The position numbers and the translations under genes are program-made. The notes under the pieces are model-generated. The model ran no database searches. It was not told where the DNA came from and saw nothing but the letters and a program-made list of their open reading frames with translations. Below, piece by piece: positions 1 through 9,146 of a DNA stretch of 60,174 nt. Source of the DNA: Candidatus Heimdallarchaeota archaeon. GTDB taxonomy: Archaea > Asgardarchaeota > Heimdallarchaeia > Heimdallarchaeales > Kariarchaeaceae. The stretch's first letter is position 1. The number at the start of each line of letters is the position of its first letter. The stretch spans positions 1 through 60,174 of the forward strand of contig WAKA01000203.1 of assembly GCA_015523565.1 (NCBI GenBank). The letters are read 5' to 3'.

Positions 1-21
1 GGAGATGTGTATAAGAGACAG
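1..21 (+). other. Tn5/Nextera mosaic-end adapter remnant (library artefact)
   Basis: Positions 3-21 read AGATGTGTATAAGAGACAG, the exact 19-bp Tn5 mosaic end, at the contig edge. It interrupts the pyrC frame. Confidence 0.97.
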
Positions 22-212
22 GTATTTGGCATCTCAACAACTGTTCCCACTCCACCCAACCAAGAGGCAACCATCCCACTCAGAAAAGTTTCCTTGTTTT
101 CATGTCCTGGCTCGCGAAAATGAACATGCAAATCAACCATTCTCTTGAGACTTTCCAATCCCTGCCAATCCCTTTGACTTGCATTAGGTAAATTCTGTGT
201 AACCACTACCAT
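21..212 (-). CDS. pyrC: Dihydroorotase, N-terminal part (truncated by contig end)
   Basis: Manual translation gives MVVVTQ...RMVDLHVHFREPGHENKETFLSGMVASWLGGVGTVVEMPNT. DxHVHxREPG, KET and GGxxxVxxMPNT are amidohydrolase/DHOase motifs. Not in the ORF track. Confidence 0.85.
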
Positions 213-245
213 ATTATTGTATTTATCAAATAAAAGAACTTATCC

Positions 246-977
246 TCAATGTGTCGTTTTGTAAAAGAAAATCCGAAGAAGGGCTTCATCCAAGTCTGCA
301 TCTTGTGGATTGCCTTCCCATTCAACCGCCTTGTCAATGCAGATAATCCTGTCTGTGTAATCCTTTAACAATTGCAAATCGTGATGAACTGCAATTACAG
401 TCAATCCATATTTCTCATTTAATTCCTTCAACAAATCCATGAACTTTATTGTCATTCTAAAGTCAAGTGCAGATGTTGGTTCATCAAGAAGGATGATTTC
501 CGGTTGTTTTGCCAGCGCCTGTGCCAACATGACCCTTTGAAATTGCCCTCCGCTTAACTGACCAATTGGACGATCTGCCAACTCCGATAGTTGTGTGTCA
601 TTCATGACTCTTTCAATAATCTCCCAGTCTTTTCTGGTCAATCGCTTAAACAATCCTCTTATTGGATACCTGCCCATTGAAACAACATCTTTTACTTTGG
701 CGGGGAATTCCTTTGAATACCCTTTCAATTGGGGCATATATCCAATTCTCATTTGTGTGTCTTTTGTAATGGGCTTCCCAAACACTAGAACCTTTCCTTC
801 TGTTGGTTTGATTAGTCCCAAAATGGTCTTTAATAACGTTGTCTTGCCAGAACCATTTGGACCACAGATCCCTACCATTTCCCCCTTCCAAAAATTCAAA
901 TTTATATTGCATAAAACACTTTGCGTGTTATAGGAAACATAAACCCCCTTCAAAGATATGATGCCTTCTTCCTTCAA
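246..977 (-). CDS. znuC: Zn/Mn ABC transporter ATP-binding subunit
   Basis: Walker A GPNGSGKT, LSGGQ signature, LLDEPT and GYMPQ; in an operon with a permease and a binding protein. Confidence 0.92.
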   Translation of the reverse strand: MKEEGIISLKGVYVSYNTQSVLCNINLNFWKGEMVGICGPNGSGKTTLLKTILGLIKPTEGKVLVFGKPITKDTQMRIGYMPQLKGYSKEFPAKVKDVVSMGRYPIRGLFKRLTRKDWEIIERVMNDTQLSELADRPIGQLSGGQFQRVMLAQALAKQPEIILLDEPTSALDFRMTIKFMDLLKELNEKYGLTVIAVHHDLQLLKDYTDRIICIDKAVEWEGNPQDADLDEALLRIFFYKTTH

Positions 978-1945
978 TTTTTCTCATCTCCTTTCTGGAT
1001 TTCGCGAAGGTGCTCCTTGAACTCCTCAATCCCTTGATTTTCTCCATGGAAATGAGGTAGGGGACTGATTTCAGGAACATGCTTGAAGTTGCGTTTAAAT
1101 AAGAGAAAGACTGTAGATACCAGTTTCCTCTTTGGAGACAATATGTAGCTTACAACAAAAAGAAATGTTGCCAATAACACTATGACAGATCCCGATGGCC
1201 AATCATAAATAAATGAAAAAAATAACCCCCCCAATGAGGAAAACACTCCAAAAGTAATGGATAACACTATCATCTTGTTGAAATCATATGTGAGCTGATA
1301 TGCAGTTGCCGCAGGAATGACAAGCATTGCAAACACTAAGATGGCCCCAATGGCAAAAATTGAGACATCTATGGCCAATGCAATTAAAACCAAAAAGAAA
1401 TAGTTCATTGCCGTAACTGGCAACCCTGAGGCTATTGCCAACTCCTTGTCAAATGAAATCATGAAAAATTCCTTTTTCAATAGAAAGATGGAAACTGTTG
1501 TTATCAGCGTAAATAGAATCAACAGATTCACATTTCTTTTTGTTATAAGTAAAATTCTTCCAAATAAAATCGCCTGCACATTTGACGTATATGAAGGCAA
1601 AAGCCCAATGAAAAAAATCGCCAACCCCATAAAAGATGCAAAGAAAATTCCTACTATGACATCATCTTCAACTTTCTCGTCCTTGTTGATATAGCCTATC
1701 CCTAAAGCTGTTGATATTCCAAAAAACAAAACCAAAAGCAGTGGGTCTGAAATTCCAAGCAAAAGGGCAAGAGCGGCACCAGCAAAAGCAGAATGTGCTA
1801 TTGCCTCCCCAATGAAAACCATCCCTCTCAGTATGATGAACACCCCTATCAATGAACAAATCACTCCTATTAAAACTGCGGCCAACACTGTTCTTTGCAT
1901 CCAATCATATTGAAACGCTTGAATAAAATCCTCCAATGTTGCCAT
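974..1945 (-). CDS. znuB: Zn/Mn ABC transporter permease (ABC-3 family)
   Basis: Polytopic, with GEAIAHSAFAG, LFGRIL and FDKELA..SG motifs; overlaps both neighbours. Confidence 0.92.
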   Translation of the reverse strand: MATLEDFIQAFQYDWMQRTVLAAVLIGVICSLIGVFIILRGMVFIGEAIAHSAFAGAALALLLGISDPLLLVLFFGISTALGIGYINKDEKVEDDVIVGIFFASFMGLAIFFIGLLPSYTSNVQAILFGRILLITKRNVNLLILFTLITTVSIFLLKKEFFMISFDKELAIASGLPVTAMNYFFLVLIALAIDVSIFAIGAILVFAMLVIPAATAYQLTYDFNKMIVLSITFGVFSSLGGLFFSFIYDWPSGSVIVLLATFLFVVSYILSPKRKLVSTVFLLFKRNFKHVPEISPLPHFHGENQGIEEFKEHLREIQKGDEKN

Positions 1946-2898
1946 TATTGCTTTATCCTCCTGCGTTGTAATAAGACAATCAAAAACATAACTCCCACTG
2001 TTACTTCAAAAGGAAAAGGTAAATTGTCTTGTGGTGTTTCTGGTGTTTCTGGATGTTCCAAGGATTCAATGTTTGTCTTTATCATGCCGATATATGATTT
2101 CCCATCAACTTGGGAAGGATTGACGCTCAAATAGCTTACCTTTGCCCCCGTTCGTACGGCTAGGTCTATGACATCTGAACCGCTCTGGGCTTTGCTTGCA
2201 ATTATCAAGGAGATGTTCTCCTTCTTCATCATGTTCACCAACTCTTGAATATGGGCTGGGCTTGGATCCACTCCCTCTTTCTCTTCAATCACTCCTCTTC
2301 TATCTATCCCTAACAATTCCAAAAAATAGAAAAATGCAGGATGATCTATCACTGCTTTTGTACCTTCCAAAATTTGCCTGGATTCATTGATATTCGCAAT
2401 TAAAAGGTCTAAAGAATCAAGATATGTTTGGAATGTGGTTGATTCAAACGTCCCGACACTATTCAAATGATCAAAGATTTCTTGGCTGACATTTCTCATT
2501 ATTTTGGGGGAAAGCCAATAATGGGGGTTTATTGTATTCAACAAGGGATCTGTTTTAAGATATTTGTCTGCATCAATTGAGAAAAGCTTCCCCTTATAAT
2601 CTGGGTTGTCGTTGATAAATGAAACCAACCACTCGTCCAACTCTTGTATCCCTGTGGAAATAATGACATCTGCTGTGCTAAGCTTTTGAATATCACTCGG
2701 CGTGGGTTCATAGTTGTGTGGGTCTGCATCACCAAGTAAGATTGCATTTACAGATGCCTGATCCCCTACAATTCCTTTGACCACATCCCCTAGAAATGCT
2801 GTTGTTGTCACGATTTCAAAATTCTGTTTTTCTCCATGCACTGGAATGCTGTAAAGCAATAAAAACAACATTAAAAGAAATGTAAGCTTCATTTTCAT
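1945..2898 (-). CDS. znuA: Zn/Mn ABC substrate-binding protein (cluster A-I, TroA/ZnuA-like) with C-terminal membrane anchor
   Basis: Signal peptide; metal-ligand His in DPHNYEP, NPHYWLSP and DHPAF; C-terminal Pro-rich linker, TM helix and RRR. Confidence 0.9.
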   Translation of the reverse strand: MKMKLTFLLMLFLLLYSIPVHGEKQNFEIVTTTAFLGDVVKGIVGDQASVNAILLGDADPHNYEPTPSDIQKLSTADVIISTGIQELDEWLVSFINDNPDYKGKLFSIDADKYLKTDPLLNTINPHYWLSPKIMRNVSQEIFDHLNSVGTFESTTFQTYLDSLDLLIANINESRQILEGTKAVIDHPAFFYFLELLGIDRRGVIEEKEGVDPSPAHIQELVNMMKKENISLIIASKAQSGSDVIDLAVRTGAKVSYLSVNPSQVDGKSYIGMIKTNIESLEHPETPETPQDNLPFPFEVTVGVMFLIVLLQRRRIKQ

Positions 2899-2903
2899 AT
2901 GTT

Positions 2904-2917
2904 TACGATAATTCGTA
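2904..2917. promoter_or_regulatory. Candidate DtxR-type operator (TACGA-N4-TCGTA inverted repeat)
   Basis: Inverted repeat directly upstream of the znuA start, in the divergent intergenic region shared with the regulator. Confidence 0.35.
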
Positions 2918-2996
2918 GATATTTAATGATTATGTAAAAGGTCACATTTGTTTGTTACAATTACGATGGTTTATATTTGTCGGTATCCAAATAAAT

Positions 2997-3437
2997 ATGA
3001 TGCTTCCTGAAATGCGTGAAAGAGATGCTTTGGTGTTGATGTTTCTTCTTGAATGGGGGCGTCCATTACGTGTCGGTGAAATCAAGAGACATCTAAACAT
3101 GCCTCATTCAACCTTGAATTCAATCATAAAAAAACTCGAAAAGAGGGGACTTGTTGATTGGGAAGAATATTCCAATGTATCATTGACTGAAAAAGGAAAG
3201 AAGGTTTCATCTCATTTACTTAAACATCATAACATTCTCCATCATTATCTTGTGAAGGTACTGGGTATCGATGACAAAGTTGCACATCAGGATAGCTTGA
3301 AGACTGCTGGACTCTTGTCTTGTGATACCATTGAGGCATTGAGAAATGCAAACGAAACATGCAATTTGGAAATCTGCAAGATTGCCTTGAAGGATCATCA
3401 ACCACTTGTGAAAAAAGAAGACTTGGAAATATGCTAA
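2997..3437 (+). CDS. DtxR/MntR-family metal-dependent transcriptional regulator
   Basis: wHTH (PHSTLNSIIKKLEKRGLV), LTEKG and KHHNILHHYLVKVLG; divergent from the metal ABC operon. Start moved to ATG 2997 because a TATA-like TTTATATT lies at about 2970. Confidence 0.88.
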   Translation: MMLPEMRERDALVLMFLLEWGRPLRVGEIKRHLNMPHSTLNSIIKKLEKRGLVDWEEYSNVSLTEKGKKVSSHLLKHHNILHHYLVKVLGIDDKVAHQDSLKTAGLLSCDTIEALRNANETCNLEICKIALKDHQPLVKKEDLEIC

Positions 3438-3474
3438 TTTTAAATATGTCCAAACAAATGTTTAATGGAGACAA

Positions 3475-3885
3475 ATGGATTACTGTCCTGACTGCAACTC
3501 ACTATTGAGGGACTCTGTGTGTTCAAGATGTTCACAGATTGTCCTCCACGAACCAATACATGACATGGCATGCTGGAATTGCAACCGAAAAACCCTGAAA
3601 TTCAATTCTTCAAACAGGGCACAATGTGAATTCTGCCTCTATTTTTACTTCTTTACGAAAGGTTACCGCAAGATAGATGTTGATGAAGTTTTGCGAAGTA
3701 CTGAACTTAAATGCAATGAATGCAATAGCAGGGTTGTCTATCGTAAAATATCTGAGGCATTTGTCTGTACCAATTGTGGATTGGTCTCTGAAGACGTGCT
3801 TGCAATTGATGATGATCAGAAAATCCGATCCTTTAAACCATCATTGCCTTCACAACTTGAAAGATATAGACCTCTCAACTATTGA
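3475..3885 (+). CDS. Triple zinc-ribbon protein; last ribbon is TFB/TFIIB-like
   Basis: Six CxxC pairs. The segment CNEC...VCTNCGLVSEDVLAIDDDQKIRSF resembles the TFIIB N-terminal ribbon. Confidence 0.7.
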   Translation: MDYCPDCNSLLRDSVCSRCSQIVLHEPIHDMACWNCNRKTLKFNSSNRAQCEFCLYFYFFTKGYRKIDVDEVLRSTELKCNECNSRVVYRKISEAFVCTNCGLVSEDVLAIDDDQKIRSFKPSLPSQLERYRPLNY

Positions 3886-4273
3886 ATTCAGATCTTATCT
3901 TTTCTGCTAATTCTTGAAGCTCACTGTTTTCCGCTTGTCGGGCATTTGATGGGTTTAATTCTCCCGCTTTATTGATTGGAATCAAATGAATGTGGGCATG
4001 GGGAACCTCAAAACCTTCCACAGCCAATCCAATCTTTTTGGCGCTGACAGCTCTTCTCAATGGTTCCGACAACTCCCTTACCTTTTTCATCATTTCCATG
4101 TATAGCTCTTCATCCGTCTCAAACAAGTAATCCTCATGCACTTTGGGAATTAATAGGCTATGTCCCTTGTTGATTGGTCGAATGTCCAAAAACATCATGA
4201 ACTTTTCATTCTCCCAAACTTTATGGGAAGGAATTTCTCCAGCTACTATTTTACAAAAGATACAGTTTTCCAT
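3875..4273 (-). CDS. HIT-family nucleotide hydrolase
   Basis: CIFCKI, DIRPINKGH and the histidine triad HAHIHLIP; start set at MENCIF. Confidence 0.93.
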   Translation of the reverse strand: MENCIFCKIVAGEIPSHKVWENEKFMMFLDIRPINKGHSLLIPKVHEDYLFETDEELYMEMMKKVRELSEPLRRAVSAKKIGLAVEGFEVPHAHIHLIPINKAGELNPSNARQAENSELQELAEKIRSEFNS

Positions 4274-4330
4274 AATTGGCAATCCACTTGTCAATTATAA
4301 ATTTTCAACAATTCCATTGGATTTATGCAA

Positions 4331-4723
4331 TTATTGCATGAACAGACGGTTTGTTTTCTTGTTAATCCCTAAGATCCAAATTCTGTAAATAAAAAGAAGT
4401 GGAACAAATATGTCCATGGGTGCAAATATGCTGACAATGAAAAAATCCATCAATGAAAAGACAAGAAACACTTTTCTTGAAATCTCTTTCAGGGATGCCA
4501 ACCAGAATACTAAAATGAATGACAGCAATGTATCCAACAACAAATAAAATGCAGAAACATAAAGAGCTGAAACAGTCAATGATACAAAAAGAATGAAGTA
4601 ATAAACAGACGATATCAAATTAACAAAAATGAATATGCGAAATCTTAACAAAATATCTTTGTTTTGCAAGAGATGCCATGTGTCTTTTGCATTTGCTCCG
4701 AAAGAAAATGGTGAAATTTCCAT
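4331..4723 (-). CDS. Hypothetical small membrane protein
   Basis: 130-aa ORF with 3-4 hydrophobic segments that fills the gap between genes. Confidence 0.55.
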   Translation of the reverse strand: MEISPFSFGANAKDTWHLLQNKDILLRFRIFIFVNLISSVYYFILFVSLTVSALYVSAFYLLLDTLLSFILVFWLASLKEISRKVFLVFSLMDFFIVSIFAPMDIFVPLLFIYRIWILGINKKTNRLFMQ

Positions 4724-4994
4724 ATGAAAAAGCCCTGTCTGGTTTTGATAAGCTTATCGTAAAAGATAGGTGGAAATGGGGGTGAATTAAATATTGTTGC
4801 CTTTGACATCATTGGGGAGACTGAAGTAGTTTTTTTCTGTTGTCTTGACCCTTGATGATTTAATATTGTACCATCAACATCATGAGCAAAAGCATCAATG
4901 ATCAAACTTGACTGTAATATCTATAAAATATCCCTTATCAACATGTATCCTGTTTTTTTTCATTACTTTTCAGGATACATTTTCCTATGTGGGG

Positions 4995-5010
4995 AAAAAC
5001 GTTTATAAAG
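4995..5010 (+). promoter_or_regulatory. Archaeal BRE/TATA promoter (probably leaderless transcript)
   Basis: Purine-rich AAAAAC followed by TTTATAAA, about 22 nt before ATG 5031. Confidence 0.55.
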
Positions 5011-5030
5011 TCGATTTAAAACTTAAAATT

Positions 5031-5432
5031 ATGAAAATAAAGGATCTTCAAATTGAAGATGAATATTTTGTTATTGACCATGATAAGCCAGTTTTGGATC
5101 TTGCAAGAATGATAACAGAAACTGGCATTCCAGACGCAGTTGTAATGAAAGATGGAAAACCTGTTGGAGTGGTTGATGACTTCGACATTGTTTCAAAACT
5201 TGTGGCAGAAAATAAAGACCCTACTTCTACCCCTGTCTCTGAAATTATGCATGCACCTCCTTATGTAAATCCTGAAACAGATATTGAAAGGTTAAGACAA
5301 ATATTTGATGAAATGGATCCTTCCATTGTCCCAGTTATTGATAATGAGGGGCAATTGCTTGGTGTTGCAACATTGTTTGATGTGTTGTCTGCTGAAAAAA
5401 AACCTCGTTTCAAACTGTTTGGAGGTAAGTAA
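5031..5432 (+). CDS. CBS-pair (Bateman domain) protein
   Basis: Two CBS repeats (PVGVVDDFDI, VSEIMH, VPVIDNEGQLLGVAT); start set at MKIKDL. Confidence 0.88.
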   Translation: MKIKDLQIEDEYFVIDHDKPVLDLARMITETGIPDAVVMKDGKPVGVVDDFDIVSKLVAENKDPTSTPVSEIMHAPPYVNPETDIERLRQIFDEMDPSIVPVIDNEGQLLGVATLFDVLSAEKKPRFKLFGGK

Positions 5433-6602
5433 ATGAGAGGTGGTCGAGGTTCAAGAGGAGGGGGAAGTCGAAGCAGATCCCATAGGTCATCTTACAGACG
5501 AAGACATAGGCATCACAGATATTATGGCTATACACCATATGGATACCGATCTTATGGTACTACAGAAGTGGGAAGAAGGGGTGGGTTTGTGATACTCTTC
5601 ATTTTCCTAAGTTTCTTCTATCTCTTTGGTTCATTGTTTGCATTTATCTTTATTGCCGCTCCAGAACAAAGGAATTTCTATGTTGAATCTGGAAGGCAAA
5701 AACTTATCACGCTCTCTTCAAACTACAAGTCTGTTACTGTTTCTTTTGAAGGTGGAATATATATTACAGATAGTGTTCCTCCAATAATTGGTACACATGA
5801 TGTAGAAGATTCTGAATCAACAACGGTTGGTCCTGATTCTTATGTCTATTGGGTTGTCTATTTGGAACAAAATGTTCAAATGGAAATTAATTGGACTGCT
5901 GATGCTGTCTTAAAAGTCTATATTTTAGAAGGCAGGAGTGAATTCAATAAATGGAAGGACGGAAAAACTCCCTTTGGCTCTTTGAAAGCAACTGACAACT
6001 CTGGAAGCATAGATTATACTGCATCCAAATCAGACGATGTATACATTGCGTTTGAGAACGACGGATTCCCCAGATCTACTGTTTCATTAAGCAGAACCGT
6101 TACCATAAAAGACCCTGTTTATTCATTGGATGGTCTCCAAAAATTCAACAATGGTGATACAATCCCTGTTGAAAAGGAAAAGTATCTCCTTCTTGTCAAT
6201 GATAAAAGTGTTGATTTGGAAGCTTCAATAAACATTGAGAAAAAACTTGGTGTTGAACAGTTCAAGATAATCTGGCTTATTGTCAGCGGAATTTTGCTGG
6301 CTTTTGCCATTTTTGTGATTTACAAGGCAGGCGATAAAAAGGAAGCACGTGCTACAGTACCTCCACCGTCTACCCAACCAATGACTCAACCTACTGGAGG
6401 AACCTATGTCTATACCTCCAATCTTCAGCAACAGCCACACCAGCAACCTCAACAATCTTTACAACAACCTTCAACCTCAAACTCTTGGGTTGGATCAAAT
6501 ATGGTTCGACCTGATCCCTTGTATTGTCCAAATTGTTCTGCACCTTACCTGAAATCTGATAAGTTCTGTGGCAGTTGTGGTGCCGCTCTTCCTGCAAAAT
6601 AA
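5433..6602 (+). CDS. Two-TM membrane protein with Arg/Gly-rich N-tail, extracytoplasmic beta-domain (APD1-4-like), Q/P-rich linker and C-terminal zinc ribbon
   Basis: MRGGRGSRGGG/RRRHRHH N-terminus, two TM helices, CPNC...CGSCG at the C-terminus. Confidence 0.8.
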   Translation: MRGGRGSRGGGSRSRSHRSSYRRRHRHHRYYGYTPYGYRSYGTTEVGRRGGFVILFIFLSFFYLFGSLFAFIFIAAPEQRNFYVESGRQKLITLSSNYKSVTVSFEGGIYITDSVPPIIGTHDVEDSESTTVGPDSYVYWVVYLEQNVQMEINWTADAVLKVYILEGRSEFNKWKDGKTPFGSLKATDNSGSIDYTASKSDDVYIAFENDGFPRSTVSLSRTVTIKDPVYSLDGLQKFNNGDTIPVEKEKYLLLVNDKSVDLEASINIEKKLGVEQFKIIWLIVSGILLAFAIFVIYKAGDKKEARATVPPPSTQPMTQPTGGTYVYTSNLQQQPHQQPQQSLQQPSTSNSWVGSNMVRPDPLYCPNCSAPYLKSDKFCGSCGAALPAK

Positions 6603-6830
6603 TGCTATTGCTTGAATTTTTAATCTAACTTTTGTATCTTTGTCAATTCCAGAAAAAAATTTAGAATGAAATTTATTGGGAAATTAATTGTGGATTACAT
6701 ATATGCCCATATCTATATTGGAAATGAAAAACCCTGCATTGCAAATAAAAAAATGTGTGGACAGCCTTTTTTTAATAGTGATGAAATGTTATATTAATTA
6801 AATTTATATTGTAATCGTATTTCGAAGAAA

Positions 6831-9146
6831 TTGGAGAGTGTTTTGTTTCTTCGTTGTCCTCAACTAAAATATATTCATTATGAGCCAAAGCCCCTTTCAT
6901 ATCAATTCCAAACAGAAGGTGTAATTTCCTTACAAAAACTGGAACAAATGATGCAATTACTTCCTTTAATTGACCAACGCTCTATCACTCATGACCTAGA
7001 AAAAATTTTTGAGGGACATCGATTGGAACAAGTGATACCATACCTTGAAAAGGACGAATTAGGCGACTTTCTTAGACATGTCCTCTATTCAAGTTATGAT
7101 ATCCTGGATTGGTCATACATAGACCTCAAATTGGAAACAATAGACAGATATCTGCCCACAAGATGGGATATTCCAAAATTGGAATTGGATCAGGCTTTCC
7201 GTTCCCTTTTCAATACAGTTATCCTTGTTAAGCTTACATCGGAAGAGACAAGACTTTTCAAAAAATTTTTTAAAATTCATGGGATTCCATTTGATATACC
7301 CTCTCGCATTTTGGAAATTCTGACAAGTCCCCAACAATCCTATCGCCCTTTTTCTTTCTCTTGGCTATTTGAAATTTATAAATACTTTATCTATATCATA
7401 TTCAAGGAAAAACGAAACGATTTTCTGACACGACAGAAATATTTTCCATTATTGGAATTTTTTGAACTCCAAATGGAAAAACTGTTTTCTAGATTCAATG
7501 ACAAAAATCATGTCTGGGTTGCTCTTGTCAATGTACATTCAAACCTTTTGCTTGATATCGGGTTTGAATCATTTTTAACAAAAAAATTCATGTTTGAAAA
7601 AATGATCAAGAGTATCCAAAAATTTCCTGAAATGGAACGAAATCTTGTCAACCTGATAATCGGTACCAACCTTGCAAAAATCTTGAACCAACAGGAATTT
7701 ATTAACCTACCTCTTGATAAACTCATTTCTGAGATAAACCGGATCCTTGACCTTTTATTTCCAACAAGAAATACAAATAGCATGGTCGATGTGTTCAAGA
7801 ATTCAATATTGAATTATAGAATACATGTCCAGTTCTTGAAAATCATTATTGAAGGATTTTCCAATACACTTTATCTCATAAGCACATTAAAAAAACGGAT
7901 CCCATCAGATTACTTGACCTTTGATTATAACCAAACCTTTCAAAATCTTTTAACCATATATTTTGAATTGGCAGAATTAGTCTATAACGAAAATAGTGGT
8001 GATTTATCAAACCTAGATCCAAATATGCCATTTGGTTATCCCATTCAGTTTGCGTTAGGATTACAGGAATATTATTGGAATCATTTGTATTATCTCCTAT
8101 CAGACCTTCCAAAGGATAAAAAATCAGACAAACTGATGCGACTCAAGGAATTTTTGGCAATTCAGCATTCATCATATCTTAAATATGTGGAAATGTTGGA
8201 GAAGACAATTCTGGATAACTATACTGAGTTGATTGAAAATACATTGGATAAAATGTTTGAAAACGATTTTGACATTGAAGATATTATTTTCTCCCAAAGT
8301 ACAGAAATTAACTTATTGTATGTCCTGAACGTGCTTCTGTCTGTTGAACTTCCGAAATTTGACACCCTGAAAGTCTTCCCGATTCCTGAGGTTTTGATCC
8401 TAATTATAAAGTCATGGCTTATTTATTTCCATAAAAAAGGGAAAGGATATGAAGAGCTCTTTGAGTTGGTAACTCCCGTCCTTCTTGAACTTCAGGCTTC
8501 GAGGATTGAAACAGAATACATTAACAGAAATTACCCATTGGCATTGATTCATGCCATAAATTTCTTCCTATTCAATAAATGGAAGCAGCAGGTTCAAATA
8601 GATTTCTTGACTATTGCCTCCAACAACAAAAAATCAACCAACTTTTCCAACCTTATCCAAAAGTTTACAGAAACCGTTCAACTCTCCCAAAATACTTCAA
8701 CCTATGTTCAGTCTCTCACTACTGAACTTTCACAGATATTGATCTCTGATCCTGGAAAATTGAATTTTGATAAACTCATGTCCAATCTTTTTGAACTTGA
8801 AAGCATTGTCCAAATAGGGAAACCCCAAGAAATTGTCAATAAACAAAAAATTTCAGAAAATATGACATTCAACCTCGGTCAAATTGCCATGGAACTTTCA
8901 GAACTACTAAGTAAATTGGGAACTACCTCTCCTACATTCAATATTCAGGATCTGCTTGTTGATAAAAAAAATCTAATAAAGATACATGATGACATCTTTT
9001 CCATTCCTGATTCTCTTGATGCATCATATTATGAAACCCCAATCCAGAAGATTGTATTCCCAATAAAAAATGAGATGATGGTTGCCATTGCAATATCCGC
9101 TTTTCCAATGATTATTGAATTTCCACACGACTTTTTCAAATCCTAA
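6831..9146 (+). CDS. Large hypothetical, predicted all-alpha protein
   Basis: 771-codon open frame rich in Leu/Ile/Phe with no recognisable motif; start uncertain. Confidence 0.75.
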   Translation: MESVLFLRCPQLKYIHYEPKPLSYQFQTEGVISLQKLEQMMQLLPLIDQRSITHDLEKIFEGHRLEQVIPYLEKDELGDFLRHVLYSSYDILDWSYIDLKLETIDRYLPTRWDIPKLELDQAFRSLFNTVILVKLTSEETRLFKKFFKIHGIPFDIPSRILEILTSPQQSYRPFSFSWLFEIYKYFIYIIFKEKRNDFLTRQKYFPLLEFFELQMEKLFSRFNDKNHVWVALVNVHSNLLLDIGFESFLTKKFMFEKMIKSIQKFPEMERNLVNLIIGTNLAKILNQQEFINLPLDKLISEINRILDLLFPTRNTNSMVDVFKNSILNYRIHVQFLKIIIEGFSNTLYLISTLKKRIPSDYLTFDYNQTFQNLLTIYFELAELVYNENSGDLSNLDPNMPFGYPIQFALGLQEYYWNHLYYLLSDLPKDKKSDKLMRLKEFLAIQHSSYLKYVEMLEKTILDNYTELIENTLDKMFENDFDIEDIIFSQSTEINLLYVLNVLLSVELPKFDTLKVFPIPEVLILIIKSWLIYFHKKGKGYEELFELVTPVLLELQASRIETEYINRNYPLALIHAINFFLFNKWKQQVQIDFLTIASNNKKSTNFSNLIQKFTETVQLSQNTSTYVQSLTTELSQILISDPGKLNFDKLMSNLFELESIVQIGKPQEIVNKQKISENMTFNLGQIAMELSELLSKLGTTSPTFNIQDLLVDKKNLIKIHDDIFSIPDSLDASYYETPIQKIVFPIKNEMMVAIAISAFPMIIEFPHDFFKS

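Noticed and set aside
3-21. IS50/Tn5 transposon end
   Set aside because: It is the synthetic mosaic end at the contig edge, and there is no transposase.
4645-4905. ORF with HAD-like DVDGT motif
   Set aside because: Only motif I is present, the rest is not HAD-like and it overlaps the next gene. At best a tiny remnant, so it was not called.
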